From positions 1-42,449 of the forward strand of contig DBGFNI010000116.1 of NCBI GenBank assembly GCA_048527645.1: a stretch of DNA of 42,449 nt, in the 5' to 3' direction. This DNA comes from Eubacteriales bacterium (lineage in GTDB: Bacteria > Bacillota > Clostridia > Oscillospirales > CAG-272). This document shows, in pieces, positions 17,291-25,297 of the stretch (positions are counted from its first letter, which is position 1; each line of letters starts with the position of its first letter). The notes under the pieces were generated by a model. The model was given only the letters and a program-made list of their open reading frames with translations, made no database searches and had not been told where the DNA came from. The translations under genes and the position numbers were made by a program.

Positions 17291-17328
17291 AAAGCGAAAA
17301 GAGCCCGGAATCGGGCTCTTTTCGCTTT
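17291..17328 (-). terminator. intrinsic terminator of SLH-GH16 paralog 1
   Basis: 17-bp inverted repeat aaagcgaaaagagcccg / cgggctcttttcgcttt. On the minus strand the core GAGCCCG-AUUC-CGGGCUC is followed by UUUUCGCUUUCUU. Confidence 0.8.
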
Positions 17329-17341
17329 GTATTACATGTTG

Positions 17342-19015
17342 TTACGATCCGAAGTGCGGCGGAAATTCATCCATATACTCCGCCAACTGGTAAACATGGA
17401 TATAATCAATAATATACGCCGTGAAATCGCCTTTTTCATAGTCGGCGCGTACCTCATCCTCCGTCATGCCGAATTTGGTCGGATCAAACCAAATCTGATT
17501 CGTGTTCGGCCAGGTATCATCCGCATAATAGCAGCTGAGGAAGATCATCGAGGGCGCCTCGCTCAAAGGCGTCTCCGGGAAGGTACCGATCAGGTTTCCG
17601 TCGTAATAAATCGCATATCCTTCCTGCGTCCACAGATAGCCAACCGTGTGGAACTGCCCATCAAAGAAAGACGAATCGGGAATCGCATATGCCATTTCGG
17701 TGGCAGTATCGCTCCGTTTCATGCGGTTTCCGAGGATGTACCACTGATCGCTCTGATACGGCAACCCCTCCACATTCCAGTGCCCTGTGGAGAAAAACTT
17801 GCCGCGCTGTTCATCGAATGTTCCGGTTGCTACCGTCTCGTGCGGCAGCGTCTCAAAAATATCCATCTCCACAAACGGCTTTGTCTGTGCCGGGTTGTCC
17901 GCCTCATAATAGCGATCCGCACCGACTGAAACCGTCCAGAAGGTCGAAATGAATCCGGCAGCCTGAGAAGGCTTGAAGCGAATCTCATAATAACCGTATG
18001 TCTGATTGAATCTGCCGTTGCCCGTATCGAGTCCGGCAATTCCGTTGTTGTGGTTGATACCGTTGTCAACCTCGTCGTCCTCGTCGTCATCATAATAATG
18101 CTCGGGATAGGTGCCGGTCATATACAGCATACCATCCTGTGTGTACATACGCTCGGACAAGGGCAACTGCCAGTATGGTTTATTCTCTGTCTCCGCGTCC
18201 GGGTATTCTTGTTTGCCCCAGATATCGTCGCGCCAGCCCTGCTTGCCCTCGCCGTCAAAGTCCTCGATCATCGTGGGCACCAGCTGAAGCGCCGGATCCA
18301 GATAGCACTGCCAGGTACTGGAATAATAGCGGTACAGCCGCTCTGCCAGCACGGCAATCTGCGCACGCGTCGCCTTGCCGTTGGGTCGGAAATTGCCGTT
18401 GTCGCCCTGATACAGTCCGATCGCCGTCATTGTGCTGACTGCCGTCTGTGCCCATTTGCCGATCTGTGCGGCGTCGTGGTATGTCTGTGCCAAATCCACG
18501 CGCGCCTCGCTCAAATCCACCTTGAAATACTGTGTGAGCAGATTGTACAGCAGCTGGGCGATCTGCTCCCGGGTGATGGAGGCATCGGGCGCCATGATGC
18601 CACCGCCCATGCCGCCGATCACGCCGTTTTCATATGCCCATGTCATCGCATCCATGTACCATGCGCCGTCGTGCAGATCTGTGAACGGCAGCGTCTGCGT
18701 TTCCACGCTCATGTCCCGCTCCAGATTCTTCACCAGATTATAGCACAGCTGGGTGTACATTGCGCGGGTCATGTCGCGATCCGGCTCAAACGCACGCACG
18801 TTGCCCAGTCCCGACATGATGCCGTTTGCCACGCACCAGTAGATCCCGTCATAGCTCCATCCCGCCTGATCTGACGCGCTCTTGGGCACGTCGCGCAGAT
18901 AGACATATTTTTTGTAGTTGGGTTCGTACCACGCGCCGGCAAACGACGCCAGGGTGCCGACGAGCAGCGCGGCTGTCAGCAGCACCGCCAAAATTTTTTT
19001 TGCGGTATGTTTCAT
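17342..19015 (-). CDS. SLH-anchored GH16-family glycoside hydrolase (beta-glucanase-like), paralog 1
   Basis: Signal peptide 'MKHTAKKILAVLLTAALLVGTLASFAGA' and three SLH repeats. GH16 jelly-roll motifs: 'GYYEIRFKP', catalytic E-x-D-x-x-E 'EMDIFE', and 'FHTVGYLWTQEGYAIYYDG'. Confidence 0.8.
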   Translation of the reverse strand: MKHTAKKILAVLLTAALLVGTLASFAGAWYEPNYKKYVYLRDVPKSASDQAGWSYDGIYWCVANGIMSGLGNVRAFEPDRDMTRAMYTQLCYNLVKNLERDMSVETQTLPFTDLHDGAWYMDAMTWAYENGVIGGMGGGIMAPDASITREQIAQLLYNLLTQYFKVDLSEARVDLAQTYHDAAQIGKWAQTAVSTMTAIGLYQGDNGNFRPNGKATRAQIAVLAERLYRYYSSTWQCYLDPALQLVPTMIEDFDGEGKQGWRDDIWGKQEYPDAETENKPYWQLPLSERMYTQDGMLYMTGTYPEHYYDDDEDDEVDNGINHNNGIAGLDTGNGRFNQTYGYYEIRFKPSQAAGFISTFWTVSVGADRYYEADNPAQTKPFVEMDIFETLPHETVATGTFDEQRGKFFSTGHWNVEGLPYQSDQWYILGNRMKRSDTATEMAYAIPDSSFFDGQFHTVGYLWTQEGYAIYYDGNLIGTFPETPLSEAPSMIFLSCYYADDTWPNTNQIWFDPTKFGMTEDEVRADYEKGDFTAYIIDYIHVYQLAEYMDEFPPHFGS

Positions 19016-19107
19016 GAAAAATCCTCCTGATTCTATTCACAACGCCGAAAAGACGCCGTTATGGGTTTCACTCCGAGGCCAGCGCCCCGATGGCTTCCGT
19101 ATAATAT
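18228..19107 (-). repeat. copy A of a ~0.88-kb direct repeat (offset 1729 nt)
   Basis: Covers the 5' half of GH16 paralog 1, its upstream spacer and the first 40 nt (3' end) of paralog 2. It aligns by eye, nearly base for base, with 19957-20836 apart from scattered substitutions and one 11-nt indel (19048-19058 region, 'gccgaaaagac'). Confidence 0.85.
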
Positions 19108-20744
19108 GCGGGAACTTCATTTCCGTAATAATTCGGTGCATACTCCTCTGTATACTCTGCCAGCTGATACACATGCACATAATCAATCACAAACTGGGAG
19201 ATACCGTTTTCGTCGAAATCTTCCCGATAGCAATCTCCGTTGTACGGGCGCTCCGCGTCGGTATTCCAATAATAAAGGTTCAGACGCAACACCGCAGACA
19301 TGTCAGACAGCGGTGCCCGTGAAAAATCGCCTGCGTAATTTCCATCATACCAAACCTGATAGCCGTCTTTCGTCCACAGAAAGCCAACCGTGTGATACTT
19401 TCCGTCAAACATGGAGGAATCGGGAATGAAATACGGATTGTCCTGCTCACGCTCCAGACACATTTTATTGTGTGCGACATACTGATGCATTTGCTTTTCG
19501 GAGGAGTTACCCTGCCAGTGGTTCCAATGCAGCGTGGTTGTGAGCTTATCGCCCTTGATCGGCACCTGCACATTATTCCGGCTGGTTTCGAAAATGTCCA
19601 TTTCAATAAAGTTTTCATACGGGTCAAGCTCGCTGACATCGACATCCTGCGCAGGATTGCCCGAACCGTCGGTCGGCCACTGGGGATACCCGTGCGCATT
19701 GGTGGTCAGCCACCACGCGGAACATATCGCACGCGCGGGGCAGGGCTTGAACCGGATTTCATAATAGCCAAAGGACTGTGAAAATTTATTTGGAACATCG
19801 TGCCCGCTGAACAAACCGCAGATACCGTTATCATTCGTGTTGTTGTCTCCGGGCCAGTAAGCGTTCATGTACAGATTTCCGTCCTGCGTATACATCCGTT
19901 CCTCCTCCGCAGGCAAAAACGACGCGGAAGAATAGGAGCATGGCGTCCAGAAATTGTCGTTCCAGCCCTGCTTGCCTTCGCCGTCAAAGTCCTCGAGCAT
20001 CGTGGGCACCAGTTGAAGCCCCGGATCCAGATAGCATTCCCAGGTTCTGGAATAATAGCGGTACAGCCGCTCCGCCAGCACGGCGATCTGCGCACGCGTC
20101 GCCTTGCCGTTGGGTCGGAAATTGCCGTTGTCGCCCTGATACAGTCCGATCGCCGTCATTGTGCTGACTGCCGTCTGTGCCCATTTGCCGATCTGTTCGG
20201 CGTCGCGGTACGTCTCGGTCAAATCCACGCTCGCCTCGCTCAAATCCACCTTGAAATACTGCGTAAGCAGGTTGTACAGCAGCTGCGCGATCTGCTCACG
20301 GGTTATGGATGCGTCAGGCGCCATGATGCCGCCGCCCATGCCGCCGATCACGCCGTTTTCATATGCCCACGTCATTGCCTCCATATACCATGCGTCGTCG
20401 TTCAGATCGGTAAACGGCAGCGTCTGCGTCTCCACGCTCATGTCCCGTTCCAAATTCTTCACCAAATTATAGCAAAGCTGCGTATACATCGCGCGGGTCA
20501 TGTCTCGATCCGGCTCAAACGCGCGCACATTGCCCAGTCCCGACATGATGCCGTTTGCCACGCACCAATAGATCCCGTCGTAGCTCCATCCCGCCTGATC
20601 GGACGCGCTCTTGGGCACGTCGCGCAGATAGACATATTTCTTATAGTTGGGTTCGTACCACGCGCCGGCAAACGACGCCAGGGTGCCGACGAGCAGCGCG
20701 GCTGTCAGCAGCACCGCCAATATTTTTTTTGCAGTATGTTTCAT
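19068..20744 (-). CDS. SLH-anchored GH16-family glycoside hydrolase, paralog 2
   Basis: The first 114 residues are identical to paralog 1. There are about a dozen substitutions through residue ~255, after which the catalytic half is diverged. It keeps 'GYYEIRFKP', 'EMDIFE' and 'YHTVGFLWTKDGYQVWYDG'. Confidence 0.8.
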   Translation of the reverse strand: MKHTAKKILAVLLTAALLVGTLASFAGAWYEPNYKKYVYLRDVPKSASDQAGWSYDGIYWCVANGIMSGLGNVRAFEPDRDMTRAMYTQLCYNLVKNLERDMSVETQTLPFTDLNDDAWYMEAMTWAYENGVIGGMGGGIMAPDASITREQIAQLLYNLLTQYFKVDLSEASVDLTETYRDAEQIGKWAQTAVSTMTAIGLYQGDNGNFRPNGKATRAQIAVLAERLYRYYSRTWECYLDPGLQLVPTMLEDFDGEGKQGWNDNFWTPCSYSSASFLPAEEERMYTQDGNLYMNAYWPGDNNTNDNGICGLFSGHDVPNKFSQSFGYYEIRFKPCPARAICSAWWLTTNAHGYPQWPTDGSGNPAQDVDVSELDPYENFIEMDIFETSRNNVQVPIKGDKLTTTLHWNHWQGNSSEKQMHQYVAHNKMCLEREQDNPYFIPDSSMFDGKYHTVGFLWTKDGYQVWYDGNYAGDFSRAPLSDMSAVLRLNLYYWNTDAERPYNGDCYREDFDENGISQFVIDYVHVYQLAEYTEEYAPNYYGNEVPAYYTEAIGALASE

Positions 20745-20836
20745 GAAAAATCCTCCTAAATTCTATTCACAATGCCGTTATACGGTGTTTCACTCCGAGG
20801 CCAGCGCCCCGATGGCTTCTGTATAATATGCGGGAG
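19957..20836 (-). repeat. copy B of the ~0.88-kb direct repeat
   Basis: Covers the 5' half of GH16 paralog 2, its upstream spacer and an orphan 47-nt GH16 3'-end fragment. See copy A. Confidence 0.85.
20790..20836 (-). pseudogene. orphan 3'-terminal fragment of a third SLH-GH16 copy
   Basis: 'tcactccgaggccagcgccccgatggcttctgtataatatgcggga' differs at one position from 19068-19113, which is the stop codon plus the last 14 codons ('PAYYTEAIGALASE') of paralog 2. No ORF body follows. The fragment ends 3 nt from the GRE stop codon. Confidence 0.8.
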
Positions 20837-20839
20837 CTG

Positions 20840-23203
20840 TCAGCAGGAAATGCACGTGGATTTCAAATCCAGGCGTTTGATGATATCCTGCTGAATTGCA
20901 GGGGACAAATCCAGAAAATTGACAAAGGTGCCATGAATCCGCATGATATATACGCCGCTGGGCGCATACTTTTCCGGATCCGCCAAAACCTTGCGTAGAA
21001 TTTCCGGGGTTGTGACATTGACATACAGATAGAATGGGCTGACGCGCTCGGTGTTTTTCTCATTGAAAAACAGCGGCGCGATGACACGCTCATAAAATTG
21101 CAACCCCTTTTCTGCATCGGTTTTGCCGTTGAAATACTGTGGGTCAATGCCCAGATGAGAAGCATACCCGCCGCTCATCTTTTCAAACGGCAGCTCCATA
21201 TTGGAAAGCATGCGGAAGCCTAAACCGTTTTCTGCGCTACCCCACAGTGGATCGACGCCGTAATTCACCATTTCGCGGGACTTTCTGCCGTCCGGCGTTG
21301 CACCGACCCAGTATCCGTACAGCAGATGTGTGGACGGGCTGCTGAAATCAGGGCGAAAGGCATTGCCCAAATTGTTTTTGAGCGAGGCAACAATATCAGC
21401 CGCACGGTTTGTCACCTCCGCGCACTCGCGGTCAACGCCCTCGATGTGATTGCCAAATTTGTCTGCGTCCAACAAAAACTGATGCAGCTGCTCATACCCC
21501 TCAAAGTTCGCGCGCAGCGCGGGCAAGAGCTGATCTTGCCATTCCGGCTTCTCTGCAAGCAATCTGTCAATGGCAACAAGACTGTCCGCCACCACGGAAA
21601 CGCCGTGAATCAGGCATCCGCTGCCGTTATATTTCGTTCCCTGCCGCGTCACATCGCGCACATCAATGCCGCTCTCCACACCGCCCATGACACAGGAGAG
21701 AAACGGAACGCGCAAATGGGACAGCGCTGCGGTCGCACCGTTTGCCGATTTCGCCATCGACGCGGCAACGCGCTCCACATTGCGCCAGTATACCTGCCGC
21801 ACTGCATCCAGCGGCGCTTGCTCTAAGTCAAGCAATTTCTTTCCCGTGATCAGCGAGGTTCCGCCCGTCAGCGTCAACTCCAGAATCTTTGGGAGATTCA
21901 GCCAGCTGTTGGTCGTGTTCCCGTTGTCCTTTCCCATGATCAGCGGTTCCTGACAGCCGGCAACGGAGGTATCCTTGATGTCGGTCAGCGCCACGCCGCG
22001 TCTGCCCATGATGGAAAACAGCGAATCATCGTTGAACAGCGACGGGGTCAGCACACCGGCGCCGAAGAAGAAACGTCCCATCTCCTCATACAGCTTTTTG
22101 GGTGTGTTCTGATGCAGCTTCACTGACAGAATCGGCTGCGGCAGATTCATATCGTAATACGCATCCAAAAGGGCGTAACTGCATTCATTGGTCAAATCAC
22201 AGCCGTTCTCGTCTCTGCCGCCGATCAGCACATTCTGCGAAATCGCCCAGCTGCGATCTGCCACATTGAAGAACACCAGAAAATGACGGAACAGCGCGGC
22301 AGCCTCCTCGCGGGTCATTTCACCGCGGTACGGCTCAAAAATCCGATCTGCGTTGCCGACGGAGAAGGCAAAGGGATTGGGCGCCTGCTCCAGACACATG
22401 CACTGCCACAGCAGCAAAAAGGACTGAATTGCCTCAAACAGATTCTCCGCGCCGTGCGCAGGCACCTTTTCCAGCGTGTCTGCCAGCAGCTGCAACTGTG
22501 CGCGTCGCGCCTCCCCTGCCTGCTCCATCTGTGTCAGTGCAAGCTCGCGGTAGCGGCGTGCAAAGATCAGTGGCGCCTCCAGCGCCTTGGCGAAGGCTTC
22601 AAAGCCGCGCTTTTTCTGTGCATCCTGTTCGGTCTGCGCCTTTGCAAGCAGGTCATCTCGCGTCTTGCACACGCCGTTTTTCAAAAGCGGGCGCATGTCA
22701 GGAATCAGATGCCCCGTCACCTGCTCCACAAAATAAGCAACCTCTTCCGTATAGGGCTCTGCCTCTTCGTAAACCTTGGTCAGATTGGCAACATATGCGC
22801 TGCGGCGGCTCTTTTCCCGCACCGCGTCAATCCGCTCCTGCGTGATGGTTTCATCCGGTTCAATGTCGCCGAACACCGCAGTCGGATCGCAATATCCGCT
22901 GAACTCTTCCACCTTGAAGGAAGGATTAATCAGCGCGTAGCTCCGTGCAAACGCATCATCCTGTGTGCCGGCAAACACATGGTTCTCCGTCAGCTCCAGC
23001 GGCAGCATCTGCGCAATCTCGCACAGCGCTGCGGCAGCCGCATACTCTTCCCCTTTTTCCAGATATTTTTCCTTTGCGGGATAAAACGCCTCCTGCGCCA
23101 AAAACCATCCGTCCAGACGAGTCTTTGCACGCTCGTGGCGGAACAAACGCTTTGCCATTTGAATCAGTTCTTCTGTTTTGTATACCTTGTTCATCGTGAT
23201 CAT
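20840..23203 (-). CDS. glycyl radical enzyme, PFL2/glycerol-dehydratase-like class, substrate unknown
   Basis: About 787 aa. Catalytic loop 'VAGCQEP' (Cys-x-Glu, as in eliminase-type GREs). 'ATPDGRKS'. 'NLPKILELTLTGG'. C-terminal glycyl-radical segment 'YIMRIHGTFVNFLDLS'. The start is ambiguous: ATG 23203 or 23194, with SD AAGGAG just upstream. The ORF-track start 23317 lies inside the activase gene. Confidence 0.88.
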   Translation of the reverse strand: MITMNKVYKTEELIQMAKRLFRHERAKTRLDGWFLAQEAFYPAKEKYLEKGEEYAAAAALCEIAQMLPLELTENHVFAGTQDDAFARSYALINPSFKVEEFSGYCDPTAVFGDIEPDETITQERIDAVREKSRRSAYVANLTKVYEEAEPYTEEVAYFVEQVTGHLIPDMRPLLKNGVCKTRDDLLAKAQTEQDAQKKRGFEAFAKALEAPLIFARRYRELALTQMEQAGEARRAQLQLLADTLEKVPAHGAENLFEAIQSFLLLWQCMCLEQAPNPFAFSVGNADRIFEPYRGEMTREEAAALFRHFLVFFNVADRSWAISQNVLIGGRDENGCDLTNECSYALLDAYYDMNLPQPILSVKLHQNTPKKLYEEMGRFFFGAGVLTPSLFNDDSLFSIMGRRGVALTDIKDTSVAGCQEPLIMGKDNGNTTNSWLNLPKILELTLTGGTSLITGKKLLDLEQAPLDAVRQVYWRNVERVAASMAKSANGATAALSHLRVPFLSCVMGGVESGIDVRDVTRQGTKYNGSGCLIHGVSVVADSLVAIDRLLAEKPEWQDQLLPALRANFEGYEQLHQFLLDADKFGNHIEGVDRECAEVTNRAADIVASLKNNLGNAFRPDFSSPSTHLLYGYWVGATPDGRKSREMVNYGVDPLWGSAENGLGFRMLSNMELPFEKMSGGYASHLGIDPQYFNGKTDAEKGLQFYERVIAPLFFNEKNTERVSPFYLYVNVTTPEILRKVLADPEKYAPSGVYIMRIHGTFVNFLDLSPAIQQDIIKRLDLKSTCISC

Positions 23204-23211
23204 TGCTCCTT

Positions 23212-23913
23212 TTAGGTCTGTATCAATTGAATGCCGTCTGCGCGCAGCGCCTGTGCAAAGGCGTCTATCTGCGCCGCGGACACAAAACCGTCTGTGACGG
23301 TATACGGTTTTTCCCATTTGTCCCGTCCGTACTCATGATAGGGCAAGATTTCCACCTGCAAATGCGAACGGTTGCAGGTGTTGAAAAATGCAACGAAGGG
23401 TGTGGGATCCGTGTTGATATGATTGATCAGGGGGATGCGAACCAAAATATCCTTTCCGTTCTGTGTCAATTTGCGGATGTTTTCCCGGGTCTGCTCCCCA
23501 TCGTTTCCGGTATACCGGCGGTGCCGTTCCCCGTCCGCCAGCTTGCAGTCGACAATCAGATAATCAATCAGCGGTGCAAGCTCCGTCAGGCGCGGGTGCG
23601 AGCCGTTTGTTTCCAGGCAGGTGTGGATGCTTGCCTCGCGCAGCAATATCAGGCACTGTCGCAGCTGATCAAACTGCAGGGTTGCCTCTCCGCCGGTGAA
23701 GGTCACGCCCCCGCCGGAAAAAAACATCATTTCCGACCGCTTGGCAAGGTGCACAATTTCTTCCGGCGTCATTTCCCGCCGCTGTGTGCATATCTCCATG
23801 CTTTCGGGATTGGAGCACCAGGGACAGTGAAAATTGCAGCCCTGGGTGTGAATCACCAGACGGTTGCCCGGTCCATCCTGAGAAAAATTGAAGCCGGTTG
23901 TTAAGATATTCAT
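23212..23913 (-). CDS. glycyl-radical enzyme activating protein (radical SAM), short PflA-type
   Basis: 'DGPGNRLVIHTQGCNFHCPWCSNPES' carries the CX3CX2C cluster motif, and 'GVTFTGGEATL' is the SAM-binding motif. The protein is 233 aa with no additional CxxCxxCxxxC ferredoxin-type motifs. Confidence 0.9.
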   Translation of the reverse strand: MNILTTGFNFSQDGPGNRLVIHTQGCNFHCPWCSNPESMEICTQRREMTPEEIVHLAKRSEMMFFSGGGVTFTGGEATLQFDQLRQCLILLREASIHTCLETNGSHPRLTELAPLIDYLIVDCKLADGERHRRYTGNDGEQTRENIRKLTQNGKDILVRIPLINHINTDPTPFVAFFNTCNRSHLQVEILPYHEYGRDKWEKPYTVTDGFVSAAQIDAFAQALRADGIQLIQT

Positions 23914-23917
23914 GCCG

Positions 23918-25057
23918 TCACAAGCCCATAATATCGTAGGTCAGATCGCGAACCGGCGCATGCATCTCCAAAGGGTCCGGCCAGTTCTGCACATGCTGCA
24001 TGTATACAATGCTCAGATGCGTTTGAGGATCGCAAAGCAAATATGCGCCCGCGGCACCGTCCCATCCGAACTCACCCAAAGAACTGCGTTGGCCGTCGCT
24101 GCGGTCTGTCAGAACGCGCACGCCCAAGCCGTAACTGTAGCCCGGACCGGCTGAGCAGCAGAATGCGGGATTTTTCAAAAGCTTGTGCAGTTGCTCGGTT
24201 CGCATCTGCTCCACGGTTTTCTCCTCCAGTATCCGAGCGCCGTTTGCACCGCAGCCACCGCATGCCATTGCGTCCGCAAAGCGGGCGTAATCCTCCGTGG
24301 TACTGATAAGTCCCGCGCCGCCGCTCTGATAATCGCGGTTGAACACAAAGACGTTTCCGTTGCCGTCCACCTGATCCATGCCGTTTTCGCCCCAGTAGCG
24401 GTATTGCTCCACCATGTTGTCCGGCACCTCGCCCTTTTTGGCAAAATAGGTGTGCTCCATGCCCAGCGGGGCAAAAATATTCTCCCGGAGAAAATCGCCG
24501 AACCGCATGCCGCTGACGCTTTCGATCACCGCGCCCAGCACATCGTGGCACAGGCTGTATTCGTAGCGCTCACCCGGCCGAAACAGCAGCGGATCCCGGG
24601 CAAACGCGCTGACCACCTCCAAAGTCGAAGCTTCCGGCTTTCGTGCGAGCAGTGCGCGAACCGCGGGACGATCCAACTGATAATCCAGCCCGGCGCTCAT
24701 GGTGAAGAGATGACGAACCGTCATTTCCTCTCCCACGCAGATTTTTTCACCGTTTTCCACCACAAAAGCGTCGCGGAAGGCAGGCAGATAATTGCCCACC
24801 GGCGCGTCCAGTTCCAGTTGCCCCCGCTGCACCAGCAGCATGGCTCCCGTCACAGTGATCGGCTTGGAGCAGGAATACAAATAGTACGCCGCCTTGTCTG
24901 TCAGCGGTTTAGTTTTTTCCAGATCCGCAGTTCCCGTAATATAGCGGAAAATCTGCTCGTGCTCCCGATAGATCAGCACATCGCATCCGGGCGCCGCGCC
25001 CTTTGCGCATACATTGTCCATCCAGTTTTTCAGTCTTTGAAAATCATACATATACAT
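23918..25057 (-). CDS. beta-lactamase-fold serine hydrolase (class C/EstB-like)
   Basis: S-x-x-K nucleophile motif in 'YLYSCSKPITVTG', plus 'GGAGLISTTEDYARF' and a C-terminal 'FGWDGAAGAY' box. The gene ends 4 nt before the activase start. Confidence 0.8.
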   Translation of the reverse strand: MYMYDFQRLKNWMDNVCAKGAAPGCDVLIYREHEQIFRYITGTADLEKTKPLTDKAAYYLYSCSKPITVTGAMLLVQRGQLELDAPVGNYLPAFRDAFVVENGEKICVGEEMTVRHLFTMSAGLDYQLDRPAVRALLARKPEASTLEVVSAFARDPLLFRPGERYEYSLCHDVLGAVIESVSGMRFGDFLRENIFAPLGMEHTYFAKKGEVPDNMVEQYRYWGENGMDQVDGNGNVFVFNRDYQSGGAGLISTTEDYARFADAMACGGCGANGARILEEKTVEQMRTEQLHKLLKNPAFCCSAGPGYSYGLGVRVLTDRSDGQRSSLGEFGWDGAAGAYLLCDPQTHLSIVYMQHVQNWPDPLEMHAPVRDLTYDIMGL

Positions 25058-25190
25058 TCGCCCCTATTCTGTCATGACAGCGCGTTCCCGCGCCCGTTAT
25101 CCGACTGATTCGGTATACTTGCCGCCGGGAAAAGCCGCAGAGAATTTTCCCGCCGCATCACCGCGCGGTGCGCGCTGTCCATCTATTGCC

Positions 25191-25219
25191 ATTTTACCAT
25201 TTCCGACAGCAAATTGCAA
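25191..25219 (-). promoter_or_regulatory. sigma-A-type promoter of the hydrolase-activase-GRE operon
   Basis: On the minus strand: TTGCAA (25219-25214), 17-nt spacer, TAAAAT (25196-25191). It lies just downstream of the cbp terminator. Confidence 0.6.
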
Positions 25220-25244
25220 TAGCAAACACACAGTTTTTTTACAG

Positions 25245-25279
25245 AAAAAGCCGCAGCGGCTTGCATGTGCCGCTGCGGC
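25245..25279 (-). terminator. intrinsic terminator of cellobiose phosphorylase gene
   Basis: 11-bp stem gccgcagcggc / gccgctgcggc (25250-25260 with 25269-25279). On the minus strand it is followed by TTTTTCTGTAAAAAAA. Confidence 0.85.
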
Positions 25280-25297
25280 TCAAAGCTGCCTTGCGCC

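Noticed and set aside
18050-20759. 274-aa and 319-aa plus-strand ORFs (18050-18874, 19800-20759), plus several duplicated ~100-aa ORFs
   Set aside because: They are antisense to the two SLH-GH16 genes. They appear twice only because the underlying DNA is duplicated.
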